Below are positions 27,981 to 39,747 of a stretch of DNA of 64,000 nucleotides, piece after piece. Origin of the DNA: an uncultured Gammaproteobacteria bacterium. Lineage in GTDB: Bacteria; Pseudomonadota; Gammaproteobacteria; UBA6002. The number at the start of each line of letters is the position of its first letter. Position 1 is the first letter of the stretch. Below the pieces are notes generated by a model. That model ran no database searches and was not told the DNA's origin. It was given only the letters and a program-made list of their open reading frames with translations. The stretch lies in assembly GCA_963705725.1 (NCBI GenBank), contig CAVPKM010000007.1:1-64000 (forward strand). The letters are read 5' to 3'. Made by a program: the position numbers and the translations under genes.

Positions 27981-29759
27981 ATGCAGTCAAGAAATTTGTT
28001 TGCAGCACAATTTTTTTCCCCTGCTAGCGGATCAAAAATAAGAGTGGCAGATTTGATGCCCTCCCAAAATTTAGATGCTTGGAAATATCATATTAATTTT
28101 TACGATAAAAGCTTAAGCGTAATTTTAACTTTTTTGGCATATGAAAAAGCATTAAAAGGATCTACTGAGAGCAGCTTGGGTGCAATCCGTGAAAAGATGG
28201 CTGGTTACTTGCAAGAAGCAGCCAACCTCTATGCCAGTCAGTTTGAAAAATCACCGCGAAGAGAAGAGTTTCAACCATTTTTTGATCAGTTAAAAAAAGA
28301 AATTAACGAATTAGCACCCCACCAAATCTCTCCTGAATTATTAGAAGTGGCTTACTTTAAAATGGCATTATTAACGGATCTTGCTTTTGATATTGAGCCA
28401 GTTGCATTGACAAAAAAAGATGTAAAAAAAATATTAAGTTTATCTATTACAGAAATTAAACCAATTAAACAAACCATTGGTGGAAATATCTCCACTCCCA
28501 ACCCCCATCCAAACTACCCTAATATCACGAATATCTTTCCTGTTTTTTCTAGAAACGGTAGCATGGGTTTTAACACTATTCTTTATACTATTTTTAATGG
28601 TTATTTGCCGGTGGGATATGGCTCAGAACCTTACCCAGTGCATGTTAATTATCATCAATCAGAAAGAGTATTCACCGCACAACATGATAATGGGCATGCT
28701 TTAAATCGAGTCAATATACTGAAGATTAAATATCCAGATGTATTTAAAACCTATGAAGCGGTTTATTTTAAACTATTTGCTGATCAAAATAAGCTTCAAG
28801 TAGAAAATAATGAAACAAGATTTCTCGAATTTAAAAAAGATTTACTTTTTTTATTTTTCTTAACCTATGAATTAGGATATGCGCCTGAGCGGCATAAACA
28901 ATCGGTTAAAGGTTTCATTATAGAGAGAACCCAAGCTCCTCGAAATGTGGGATATAAGCTAGATCATTCACAATTAACGCTTAGAGAAGAAGATAGATTA
29001 AAGCAGTTGGTGTTAGAGGTTTTTGATTTTGTTAAACCTCTGCAAGAATTAGGTTATGCTATTCCCTATAATCCGGAAAAACCTTGGGAAAGTGCAGATG
29101 CTTTGCGAGCGGCTTTTTTAGATCTAAAAAAGGGTTTTAAAAAACGCCATCCCGAAATTACTTTAGCCTCTCCTTATGAATTGATGGAAGAGGTGAAGTC
29201 CGCACGCCGAGCCTTTGATAAAATTTGTAGAAGAGAAAAAGTTCCCGATGCTTTATGCCATATTGTTTATGTTTTAGAACAGAGGAAACTTCTAAATAAT
29301 GACCTCTTAGCATTATTGATAAACCAAGATCCGCAGTTATATGAAGCAGTAGAAAAATTAATTGTTTTTGAAGGAATATCGCTAATAGAGAAGCGGAGCG
29401 ATCTATTTACTCTAGAGAATATTGAGTTGATTGCTAGCCGTTTTGAACAGCAACCTGATTTATCTCTTCACCTTCTCAAGTGTCATCAAGCGCTGAATCA
29501 TTTCATTAAGTTAGCGATGAACAAGTGGGAGGTGCATTATGATGATTCAGATGAGCCACTGGCTTCAGTTTGTCAAAAAATTAACAGATATTTAGCAGAC
29601 AGAAGTAATCAACCTTCTGACGAAGAAATTTCTTTATTTAAAGAAAACATACATCGGTTTGGAAATGAAGAAACTCAGCACCTTATTACTGAAACATTAG
29701 AAGCTTTTGATCTCATTTCACCAAGTCAAAATTATGCTGCCAGTACTGAAAGACCTTAG
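27981..29759 (+). CDS. Hypothetical protein, effector-like
   Basis: 592-aa ORF with GGAGG RBS, stand-alone with AT-rich promoter; VH...HDNGH cluster; no family recognised. Confidence 0.75.
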   Translation: MQSRNLFAAQFFSPASGSKIRVADLMPSQNLDAWKYHINFYDKSLSVILTFLAYEKALKGSTESSLGAIREKMAGYLQEAANLYASQFEKSPRREEFQPFFDQLKKEINELAPHQISPELLEVAYFKMALLTDLAFDIEPVALTKKDVKKILSLSITEIKPIKQTIGGNISTPNPHPNYPNITNIFPVFSRNGSMGFNTILYTIFNGYLPVGYGSEPYPVHVNYHQSERVFTAQHDNGHALNRVNILKIKYPDVFKTYEAVYFKLFADQNKLQVENNETRFLEFKKDLLFLFFLTYELGYAPERHKQSVKGFIIERTQAPRNVGYKLDHSQLTLREEDRLKQLVLEVFDFVKPLQELGYAIPYNPEKPWESADALRAAFLDLKKGFKKRHPEITLASPYELMEEVKSARRAFDKICRREKVPDALCHIVYVLEQRKLLNNDLLALLINQDPQLYEAVEKLIVFEGISLIEKRSDLFTLENIELIASRFEQQPDLSLHLLKCHQALNHFIKLAMNKWEVHYDDSDEPLASVCQKINRYLADRSNQPSDEEISLFKENIHRFGNEETQHLITETLEAFDLISPSQNYAASTERP

Positions 29760-29815
29760 AGATACTATGCAGAGATCAAGCTTAGAGACCATTGAATTCC
29801 CATTCCACGTAAATT

Positions 29816-31739
29816 TTATTTTAAATCTAATTTTTTAAAATAATTTAAGCTTTCGGGGTTGGCAAGCGCAGAGAGGTTTTTGACCGGTCTGCCATGAATA
29901 ACGTCTCGCACTGCCAATTCAACAATTTTGCCGCTTAATGTTCTTGGTATATCCGGTACAGCGAAAATTTTGGCAGGGACGTGTCTTGGGGAGCAATGCT
30001 CTCTTAATATTGTATTGATTTTTTCCACTAATGTTTCTGTTAAGGCCAAGTGAGGGGCGAGGATAATAAATAATAAAATTCGATTATCTGATTCCCATTC
30101 TTGACTGACTGCTAGCGCTTCGATAACTTCCGGAAGTTGTTCAACTTGGCGGTAAATTTCTGCGGTTCCAATTCGAACACCGCCAGGATTTAGTGTGGCA
30201 TCAGAGCGCCCATAAATAATCATTGTTTCTCTTGCTGTGATTTCTGCATAATCGCCATGCGCCCAAACTCCTGGAAACTTATTGAAATAGGCTTGTTGAT
30301 ATTTTTGTCCATTTTCATCATTCCAGAAACAAATGGGCATGCTGGGAAAAGGCGCGGTACATACCAGCTCCCCCTTTTGATTCACGACAGGCTGCCCCTT
30401 GTCATTATAAATTTGAACCGCCATGCCCAAACCTAAACATTGCAACTCACCGCGATAGACGGGCAAGATTGGATTGCCGAGTGCAAAGCAAGAAATAATA
30501 TCTGTTCCTCCTGAAATAGAGGATAAACAAACGTCTTTTTTAATCATTTGATAGACATAGTCATAATTTTTGCCGACCAATGGAGAGCCGGTGGATAAAA
30601 TAGTGCGTAAAGCATCCAATTTGTGAGTCATCTTGGGATTGAGTTTTGTTTGCTCCATTGCGCTTAAGTATTTAGCGCTGGTGCCGAAAACGGTCACCTC
30701 TTCATGATCAATAAGATCCCACAAACGAGAAGGCGTAGGTTTAAGTGGGGAGCCATCATATTGCACAACGGTTGCGCCAACAAAAAGACTGCTGATATAC
30801 CAATTCCACATCATCCATCCACAGGTGGTATAGTAGAAAATTTTGTCAGTTTGTTGCAGATTAGTATGAAGAACTAATTCTTTTGCGTGCTGAAGCAAGG
30901 TTCCACCTGCGCCATGAACAATGCACTTCGGTTCACCTGTGGTGCCGGAAGAATACAAAATGTAGATGGGGTGATTAAAAGGTAATGAAACAAATTTTAT
31001 TGCTTCCCGCTTATCAAGCAGCAATGTGCTTAGAGAGTTGTGGGTTTCTTTTTCAAGATTATTATTGATAATCCAATGTTTGACAGAATCTAAACGCGCC
31101 TTTAGCCAATCGAGTTTTTTGATATTAGAGAACGGTTTGCCATTGTAAATAAAGCCATCACAAGCAATGACTATTTTGGGTTGAATTTGATGAAAACGAT
31201 CAAACAAGGCTTCTTGCCCAAATTCTGGCGAACAGGATGACCAAACGGCGCCTAATGCAGTGGTGGCTAACATAGCAATGACAGCTTCTGGCTCGATTGG
31301 GCAAAATTGCTGCCACTCTATCACCTACGCTAAGACCCATTGCCTCAAAATGCTTCGCTAAGCTTGCAACAGCGGTATAAAGTTCTTGATAAGTATACTG
31401 TTTTCGGCAATTTCTTTCGTCATTAAAAATTAAGGCAATTTGATCGCTACGTTGCTTGAGTAAATTTTCAGCAAAATTCAGTTCAGCTGAAAAAAACCAA
31501 GTGGCATCTTGCATCTTTTCTCCAACCCTCAAAATTTGTTTTGCTGGCGTGGAAAATTTAATACCGACAAATTGCGCTAGCAAACCCCAAAACTTTTCTT
31601 TCTCCCTGATTGACCAGTGATAAAGTTCGCTATAATTTTGAATTTTGATCGCATATTGTTTTTCTACTTCTCGCATGAAGCGCATTATTTGGCTGGTAGC
31701 AATGGCTTGAGGACTGGGTTGCCACAGTATTTCAGCCAT
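29816..31739 (-). pseudogene. Acetoacetyl-CoA synthetase, split by a frameshift near 31293 (probably a sequencing error)
   Basis: ILWQPS...LNFAENLL...GDRVAAILPN then PEAVIAMLAT..WSSCSPEFG, YSSGTTGEPKCIVH, TTCGWMMWNW, SISGGTD, GRSDATLNPGGVRIGTAEIY. Confidence 0.88.
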
Positions 31740-32640
31740 GCTGGTTACCTGTCAGCACTTTGGCGACTTTCGATTGAGTATCACGTTTGAGATAGTCAGA
31801 AATAAAAATTCCTATTTGAGATAAGCGCAAAAGATCGATCCCTGTATCCACACCTAATCCTTCAAGCAGGTAAACGACATCTTCCGTTGCAACATTGCCA
31901 GTTGCACCTTTTGCGTAAGGGCAACCCCCAAGACCGGCCACAGAGGCATCAATAATATGAATTCCTTCAAGTAAGGCGGCGTAGATGTTGGCAATGGCTT
32001 GACCATAAGTGTCATGAAAGTGAACGGCAAGAATTTCTAGCGGAACCTGCTGTTTCACGATGTGAATTAACTCTTTCACATAATTGGGCGTCCCAATGCC
32101 AATCGTATCCCCTAAAGAAATTTCATCGCAACCCATTTGATGCAGTGTTTGGCACAACTTTGCGACGGTTTGTGGCATTACCTTGCCTTCATAGGGACAA
32201 CCGAGGACGCAAGATAAATAACCTCTTACTCTAATCTGATTGTTAATTGCTTCTTGCACCACATTGCGATAATTTTTTAAACTTTCCGCAATCGAACAAT
32301 TGATATTTTTTTGAGAAAAACTTTCAGAAGATGATGCAAAAATAGCGATTTCTTTGACACCAGCTTCCATTGCTCTGGCTAAACCTTTGAGATTAGGCAC
32401 TAACGCGGAGTAATGTACGGCATTTTTTTTATGGATTTGCGTAAAGACTTCAAAAGCATCTGCTGTTTGTGGGATTTTTTTTGGTGATACAAAACTCGTT
32501 ACTTCAATATTTTTTAACCCGGTTTCTGATAACTGATTGATTAGTGCTACCTTAACAGACGTAGGTATCTGCTGGTTTTCGTTTTGTAGTCCATCGCGTG
32601 GGCTGACTTCAACCAGCTTAATGGAAGTGGGTAGCATCAT
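31732..32640 (-). CDS. hmgL: Hydroxymethylglutaryl-CoA lyase
   Basis: EVSPRDGLQNE, ISLGDTIG, HFHDTYGQA, GLGGCPYAKGATGNVATED. Confidence 0.95.
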   Translation of the reverse strand: MMLPTSIKLVEVSPRDGLQNENQQIPTSVKVALINQLSETGLKNIEVTSFVSPKKIPQTADAFEVFTQIHKKNAVHYSALVPNLKGLARAMEAGVKEIAIFASSSESFSQKNINCSIAESLKNYRNVVQEAINNQIRVRGYLSCVLGCPYEGKVMPQTVAKLCQTLHQMGCDEISLGDTIGIGTPNYVKELIHIVKQQVPLEILAVHFHDTYGQAIANIYAALLEGIHIIDASVAGLGGCPYAKGATGNVATEDVVYLLEGLGVDTGIDLLRLSQIGIFISDYLKRDTQSKVAKVLTGNQHG

Positions 32641-32655
32641 TTTTTAACCACTTAT

Positions 32656-33973
32656 CTAAAGTGTGACGATTCGTTTTTGCCATTTTGCTGCAATGGCCTT
32701 TAGTGCTTCAAAATCAAAGGTAACAAGATTGCCATTGCGTAACAATTGTTTACCTGCTACCCATGAATCCGTGATTTGATGATTCGCTGCCGCATATACG
32801 ATTTGAGAGATAGGATGATAAACAGGTAGGGTATTGACCTGCTCTAAATCAATGGCAATGAGGTCTGCTGCTTTCCCGAGTTCTATTGAGCCAATTTCCC
32901 GGTCAAGTCCCATTGCTTTGGCGCCATTAATTGTCGCCATTTCTAGTGCTTGGATAGCAGGGACAGCGGTCGCGTTATTTGCAATAGTTTTTCCGATTAA
33001 GGCAGCTGTTCTCATTTCACTTAGCATATCCAGATCATTGTTACTTGCTGCCCCATCCGTCCCCAACGCAATGTTGATTTGATTTTGTTTCAGTTCTTCA
33101 ATTGGGCAATAACCGCTTGCGAGTTTTAAATCAGATTCGGGGCAATGGGTAATATGGATGCCCGTTTCTTGCATAATAGCCATGTCTTCTTCATTAATTT
33201 GTGTCATATGAACGGCTTGAAATCGGTTAGAGAGTAGACCAAGTGCGTAAAGACGTCGAAGAGGTCTTAGATTAAATTGTTTAATGCTTTCTTGGACTTC
33301 GTTTGCCGTTTCATGTAAGTGCATGTGGATAGGTAACTGATATTTTTCAGAATAATTTGCAATTTTTTCCAAAATCGCATTCGTTGTGCCGTAAGGGCTA
33401 TGCGGGGCAAGACTCCAGGTTAACAGCGGATGATGAGTAAACTGGTCTCTTGCTATCAAAAATTTATCAAAAGCCTCCGCTTCATGCTGAGACCAGCTAT
33501 TTGGAAAATTAATGATAGTGGAGCCGATGCAAGCGCGAATGCCATGCTGTAAGGCCGCCTTGGCAATAACCTCTGGGTAAAAAAAATGCTCGTTAAAACA
33601 AGTGGTCCCGGTTTTTAACATTTCCGCAATAGCAATTTGAGTGCCATCTTCAATAAATTCCTCACTGAGCCATTTCCGCTCTGCTGGCCAAATATGATTG
33701 TTCAGCCATTCCATCAGCGGTAAAATCATCCGCTAACCCTCTAAATAGTGTCATGGGGCTATGGGTATGTGCATTAATAAAACCCGGCAGCAACGCATGA
33801 GTGGGGAGGTGAATTTCCTGATCAGTTGTGAAGATTTCCTTCGCTTGCCTTTGTGGCAGAATCGCTTGGATTCGACCATCTTGGATAACGATGGCCTGAT
33901 GTTCATAAACACTGGCGCGAGGGATGATGGGAATGAGCCACCGACAATAAATAATGCTATCCGTTTCTTGCAT
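32656..33973 (-). pseudogene. TRZ/ATZ family amidohydrolase (MTA/SAH deaminase-like), frameshifted at about 33722-33725 (probably a sequencing error)
   Basis: LLPGFINAHTHSPMTLFRGLADD then LPLMEWL; APHSPY, HMHLHET, AVHMTQ, GTDGAASNNDLDM; one extra base in a 4-nt homopolymer. Confidence 0.88.
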
Positions 33974-34106
33974 CAAATAATTCCTAAGTTTCTGTAATTT
34001 GTTAGAAGTAATATACCCTTCGCGAAAGGTATATTTTGAGGTCATTCTTTCTCTTTTGGACTAGGTGCTGTCAATAGAATAATCCATGAATGGGTAGAGG
34101 GAGCGA

Positions 34107-34131
34107 TTGGAGGCAGCTTAGCTACCTCCAA
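34107..34131 (-). terminator. Hairpin after the Spy/CpxP-like gene
   Basis: On the minus strand TTGGAGGTAGC-TAA-GCTGCCTCCAA directly follows the stop codon. Confidence 0.6.
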
Positions 34132-34135
34132 ACGA

Positions 34136-34577
34136 TTAGTCACGTGCACAAGATTTAAATTTTGCTTCCATTTTGTCATCTGCATCTTTAATTTTTTTCT
34201 GTAGCATCGTTTTTTGATCAGGATTCAGGATAGTAGAGAATTTGATTCTCTGCCATCAATCGCATTTTCATTACATCACCAATTAGCTTGGTTTTTTGAT
34301 CAACCAATCCTTGTAACTTTCCTTCGTCCATGTTAGGGGAGTTAACTGCTTGCTTGATTTGAGGCTCAAGCGAATTCATCTGCTCTCCAGCAGATTTTAA
34401 GCCGGTTTTTAGTTTGTCTAAGATAGGTTGTATTTTAGATTTTTCTGTATCATCAAGCTTGATGGATTTCACCATATCACTCAAACTTTGTTTACAAAAA
34501 CTGCTGTCAGCAGAAGCTACTTGATTTAATAGCAAAGAAGAGGCGAGTGCCGCTATTGCTAGAAGTTGCTTTTTCAT
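34136..34577 (-). CDS. Spy/CpxP-like periplasmic protein (frameshift near 34238 hides the true C-terminus)
   Basis: Signal peptide MKKQLLAIAALASSLLLNQVASA, helical body; shifted frame continues TILNPDQKTMLQKKIKDADDKMEAKFKSCARD* with an LTxxQ-like motif. Confidence 0.7.
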
Positions 34578-34757
34578 GAGTACCTCCAAAATAAATCTAA
34601 CGAATAACAAGTATAGCAATGATTTTACATTGAATTGGAAACCCGCTTACGTTCAGTTTGGCGCTAGGACTGTAATGTGGTAAAATCCCTTGTTCAGCAC
34701 TGAATAGTTACGAAATTTCCAAATCACCTCTTACCTCTTATTAAAGTTGAGCAGTAT

Positions 34758-37327
34758 ATGACAGAATTTGCCGGAGAAGTCATTTCCGTAAATATAGAAG
34801 AAGAGCTAAAGCACTCTTATCTTGATTATGCAATGAGTGTCATTGTGGGTAGGGCATTGCCAGACGTTAGAGATGGCTTAAAGCCCGTTCACAGACGCGT
34901 GCTTTTTGCGATGAGCGAGTTGAATAATGACTGGAATAAACCTTATAAAAAATCAGCTCGTATCGTGGGGGATGTAATTGGTAAATATCATCCGCATGGA
35001 GACTCGGCCGTCTATGATACCATCGTGCGTATGGCTCAACCTTTCTCATTGCGCTATTTGTTGATTGATGGTCAAGGAAATTTCGGATCTGTTGATGGTG
35101 ATGCGCCTGCTGCGATGCGGTATACCGAAATTAGGATGTCTAAATTTGCACATCGACTGCTTGCTGATCTCGATAAAGAAACAGTTGAATTTGTCCCCAA
35201 CTATGACGAAACTGAGCATGTTCCAACAGTCTTGCCCACACGCATTCCAAATTTGCTCGTCAATGGCGCATCAGGCATTGCAGTTGGTATGGCGACAAAT
35301 ATCCCCCTCATAATTTAACTGAAGTCATCAATGCTTGCATGGCGCTAATTGAGCAACCAGATCTGGAAATCAATGAATTAATGCAATATATCCCTGGCCC
35401 AGATTTTCCTACTGCTGCAATTATTAATGGTCGAGCAGGAATTCAAGAGGCTTATAAAACAGGGCGAGGTCGAATTTATTTGCGTGCGCGCACCTCAATT
35501 GAAACAGATGAAAATGCCAACAAGCAGACCATTTTAATTCATGAGCTACCTTATCAAGTTAATAAAGCTCGATTACTGGAAAAAATTGGAGAGCTCGTTA
35601 AAGAGAAAAAAATTGAGGGGATTACCGCAATTCGAGATGAATCCGATAAAGATGGGATGCGTGTTGTTATTGAACTCAGGCGTGCTGAAAATGGCGAAGT
35701 GGTGTTGAATAATCTTTATGCTCACACACAAATGGAGACAGTATTCGGCATCAATATTGTTGCGCTTGATCGGGGTCAGCCAAAGGTACTCAATCTAAAA
35801 GAATTATTGGATGCTTTTTTACAGCATCGACGAGAAGTGGTGACTCGGAGAACTATCTATGAACTTAGAAAGGCAAGAGAAAGAGCGCATATTTTAGAGG
35901 GTTTAGGCATTGCCTTAGTGAATATTGATAAAATGATTGCCCTTATTAAAGCCGCTCCCAATCCTGCTCATGCAAAAGAAGCGTTACTTGAAGAAGCTTG
36001 GCAAATTAAAGAAATCGCCACATTACTCGAACGAACAGAAAGTCTAATCACTCGACCGATTGATTTAGACAGTAAATATGGGCTCAAAGATCAAGGCTAT
36101 TATCTTTCACCTGCTCAAGCTCAGGCTATTTTGGAATTACGGTTACATCGCCTCACCGGATTAGAACAAGAAAAAATTTTTACAGAATACCAAAATCTCA
36201 TTGAATTAATTCATGACCTTCTGGATATTTTAGAAAACCCTGCTCGATTGATGCAGGTAATTCGCGAAGAATTAGACGAAATTAGAGCCGAATTTGGTGA
36301 TGGGAGACGAACAGAGATCATAGATAGCAAGGAAGAGCTTTCTTTGGAAGATCTGATTACTGAAGAAGAGGTAGTGGTGACAATATCTCATCATGGTTAT
36401 GCCAAGACCCAATCATTGGATGCTTATCAAGCACAGCGTCGAGGTGGTCGTGGTAAGTCTGCGACTCATGTCAAAGAAGAAGATTATGTTACCACACTTC
36501 TCATCGCTAATACCCATGATACGATTTTATGCTTTTCTAATTCAGGAAAGGTCTATTGGCTAAAAGTTTATCAAATTCCACAAGCTAGCCGCATATCATT
36601 AGGTCGTCCCTTAGTGAATTTGCTTCCTTTAGGCTCTGAAGAGCGAATTAGCGCAATTTTATCTGTCAAGGAATTTTCTGAAGACCAATACATTATGATG
36701 GTGACGAGTCAAGGGGTAATAAAGAAGGTATCTCTCGAGCAATTTTCTCGTCCAAGATCAAATGGCATTATTGCGTTAGATATGCTGCCAGGTGATGATT
36801 TAGTTGGCGTTCAGTTAACCGATGGACATCAAGATGTCATGCTGTTTTCAAATAACGGAAAGGTTATTCGATTTAAAGAAGATGAAGTTAGAGCTATGGG
36901 TAGGGTAGCGCGTGGTGTAAGAGGAATGCGCTTGTCAGAAGACCAACGAGTGATTGCTTTAATTGTGGCGAAACGAGAAGGAGCCATTCTAACTGCAACG
37001 GAAAATGGTTATGGTAAACGGACGGATATTAGCGAATACAGATGCACCGGACGAGGAGGTCAAGGTGTGATCTCCATTCAAGTAAATGAGCGAAATGGTG
37101 GGGTAGTAGGAGCGGTTCAAGTGAGTGATGAAGATGAAATTTTGCTTATTAGTGATCAAGGAACAATGGTTCGAACAAGGGTAAGTGAAGTTTCTTTATT
37201 AAGCCGTAATACACAAGGTGTACGTTTAATTAATTTAGCAAATGATGAAAAACTTGTTGGCATTCAACCTGTTATTGAAAAATTGGAACAAGATGTAGCG
37301 GATGATGCGGATGATGCGGATGATTAG
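34758..37327 (+). CDS. gyrA: DNA gyrase subunit A (apparent 1-base deletion in the C run at 35303-35307)
   Basis: [29 protein letters not shown] then (P)HNLTEV in the shifted frame; GyrA box QRRGGRG; essential gene, so the shift is probably an error. Confidence 0.95.
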
Positions 37328-37336
37328 GATATAACC

Positions 37337-38422
37337 ATGGAAAATCGTATTTTTAATTTTAGCGCCGGGCCTGCTAGCCTGCCTTTTGAAGTCATGCAAC
37401 AAGCAAAAGATGAATTCATGAATTGGAATGGGACAGGGATGGGGGTGATGGAAATCAGTCATCGTAGTCCGGAATACCTGGTAGTTGCAGAGGAAGCTGA
37501 ATTTGATCTACGTGAATTGTTAACCATTCCCAAAAACTACAAAGTACTTTTTTTGCAAGGCGGAGCGCGTAGTCAATTTTCAATGGTTCCTCTTAACCTA
37601 CTACGTGGCAAAACGACAGCTGACTATCTCGATACCGGTATTTGGTCCACGCTTGCAATGAAGGAGGGGGCGAGATATTGTGAAGTTAACCTTGTGGCTT
37701 CAAGTCGAGAAGAAAATTATTGTACGATTCCTCCCGAAAGTCAGTGGCATGTAAATGAAAAAGCGGCCTACTTTCACTATGTAGATAATGAAACAGTCAA
37801 CGGCGTCGAATTTAAAGCCATCCCACCCATCCGTCATGCGCCATTAGTTTCAGATATGTCTTCAAATTTTTTAACCAGACCTTTTGATATTACTCAGTTT
37901 GGATTAATTTATGCCGGAGCTCAAAAAAATATCGCTCCAGCGGGATTAACTCTGGTTGTTGTTCGAGAAGATTTAATCGGTCAAGCGTTACCCATTACAC
38001 CAACGATGTTTAATTATGAAGTCCATGCAAAAGAAAACTCAATGTATAACACCCCTCCCACCTTTGCTTGGTATATGGCAGGACTAACTTTTAAGTGGTT
38101 AAAAAAATTAGGTGGACTCAAGGCCATAGCTAGGCAAAATCTAGAAAAATCGAACTTATTGTACCAAGCAATCGATCAAAATGATTTTTATATTAACGAG
38201 ATCGATCCACAGTATCGATCCCGGGTGAATGTTGTATTTAAATTAAAAGATGAAAAGTTGAATGAACTATTTTTAAAGCAGGCAGACCAAGCAGGACTAG
38301 CTTATTTAAAAGGTCATAAGCTAGTAGGAGGAATGCGAGCCAGTCTTTACAATGCGATGCCCTTGGAAGGAGTAAAAGGTTTGGTTGCGTTCATGCATGA
38401 TTTTTCAAGGCAATATGGGTAA
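37337..38422 (+). CDS. serC: Phosphoserine aminotransferase
   Basis: FNFSAGPA, MEISHRS, YAGAQKN, YNTPPTF, GGMRASLYNA. Confidence 0.97.
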   Translation: MENRIFNFSAGPASLPFEVMQQAKDEFMNWNGTGMGVMEISHRSPEYLVVAEEAEFDLRELLTIPKNYKVLFLQGGARSQFSMVPLNLLRGKTTADYLDTGIWSTLAMKEGARYCEVNLVASSREENYCTIPPESQWHVNEKAAYFHYVDNETVNGVEFKAIPPIRHAPLVSDMSSNFLTRPFDITQFGLIYAGAQKNIAPAGLTLVVVREDLIGQALPITPTMFNYEVHAKENSMYNTPPTFAWYMAGLTFKWLKKLGGLKAIARQNLEKSNLLYQAIDQNDFYINEIDPQYRSRVNVVFKLKDEKLNELFLKQADQAGLAYLKGHKLVGGMRASLYNAMPLEGVKGLVAFMHDFSRQYG

Positions 38423-38427
38423 GCTTA

Positions 38428-39747
38428 ATGACAAATAGCCTTTCTTATCAAGTCAGTCCAGCTAGGTCACTTCAAGGTGAAATTTGGGTGCCAGGCGATA
38501 AATCCATTTCTCATCGTGCTGCAATTTTGGGAGCATTGTCAGAGGGAACAACGGTTATTAAAGGATTTTTGCAATCAAAAGATACGCTAGCCACACTTAA
38601 TGCCATTAAAATCTTGGGTATCAAGATTGACTCCAATGAAGAGGAAACAATTATTCAAGGTAAGGGCTTGCATGGGCTTGAGGCGCCACGCCAAGCGCTA
38701 GATTGCGGAAACTCAGGCACATCGATGCGACTTTTAACCGGTGTCCTAGCAGGTCAACATTTTGATAGCGAACTGACAGGTGATTTATCATTACAAAAAA
38801 GACCGATGCAGCGTATTATTGACCCCTTAGTAGCGATGGGAGCGCAGATTGCAAGCGAATCCGGTTTGGCTCCGCTTTTTATTCATGGTACTAAAAAATT
38901 AAATCCCTTGACCTATATAATGCCGGTTGCCAGTGCTCAAGTAAAATCTTGCTTATTGCTGGCCGGTCTTTATGTCGAAGGAGAAGTGACGATTGTTTCT
39001 CCTATTGCTACTCGTGATCATACCGAAAGAATGTTAGCGGCTTTTCAGTATGAGGTTTATTCTTCAGGTCACAAAGTCCGAATTAAAGGTGCTGGGAAGC
39101 TGCATCCCACTTACATTGAAGTTCCTTGTGATATTTCTTCAGCAGCATTTTTTATTGTCGCAGCAACGCTGGTTCCAGGTTCTGACATTCTGCTGAAAAA
39201 TATAGGCATTAATCCTTATCGAATCGGCATTATACATATTTTGCGATTAATGGGCGCTAACATTACTTTTGAGCAAGAAACAAACATTGGTGATGAATAT
39301 GTAGCAGATATCCGAGTCCGCTCAGCTTCCCTACACGGGATTGATATTCCACTCGATCACGTGCCTTTAGCAATTGACGAGTTTCCAGTAATTTTCATCG
39401 CAGCGGCTTTTGCTCACGGTGTCACAATTTTGCGTGGAGCAGAAGAGCTACATGTCAAAGAATCAGATCGTATTCATGTGATGGCAAAAGGTTTAAACAA
39501 TTTGGGTATTCATGTAGATGAGAATCCTGACGGCATGACGATTAGCGGTGGTAAACTACGTGGCGGGACAGTAGATAGTGATGGTGATCATCGTGTTGCC
39601 ATGTCTTTTGCGATAGCAGGCTTGGTTGCAAAAGATGAAGTAGTGGTGAAAAATTGTGCCAATGTGGTGACTTCATTTCCTAATTTTGTGCAGCTATTAC
39701 AATCACTAGGCGTTCAGATCTCAGTCTGCCATGCTCACTTGTGCTAA
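38428..39747 (+). CDS. aroA: 3-phosphoshikimate 1-carboxyvinyltransferase
   Basis: PGDKSISHR, GNSGTSMRL, SAQVKS, RDHTERML, KESDRI, DHRVAM. Confidence 0.97.
   Translation: MTNSLSYQVSPARSLQGEIWVPGDKSISHRAAILGALSEGTTVIKGFLQSKDTLATLNAIKILGIKIDSNEEETIIQGKGLHGLEAPRQALDCGNSGTSMRLLTGVLAGQHFDSELTGDLSLQKRPMQRIIDPLVAMGAQIASESGLAPLFIHGTKKLNPLTYIMPVASAQVKSCLLLAGLYVEGEVTIVSPIATRDHTERMLAAFQYEVYSSGHKVRIKGAGKLHPTYIEVPCDISSAAFFIVAATLVPGSDILLKNIGINPYRIGIIHILRLMGANITFEQETNIGDEYVADIRVRSASLHGIDIPLDHVPLAIDEFPVIFIAAAFAHGVTILRGAEELHVKESDRIHVMAKGLNNLGIHVDENPDGMTISGGKLRGGTVDSDGDHRVAMSFAIAGLVAKDEVVVKNCANVVTSFPNFVQLLQSLGVQISVCHAHLC

Noticed and set aside
34758-37327. Naturally split or programmed-frameshift gyrA, and quinolone-resistance mutations
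   Set aside because: The break is a single missing C in a homopolymer within the conserved IPPHN motif, with other indels nearby; the QRDR reads HGDSAVYD (wild-type Ser and Asp).
37298-37327. GCGGATGAT tandem repeat at the end of gyrA
   Set aside because: It encodes the usual acidic GyrA tail (ADDADDADD).
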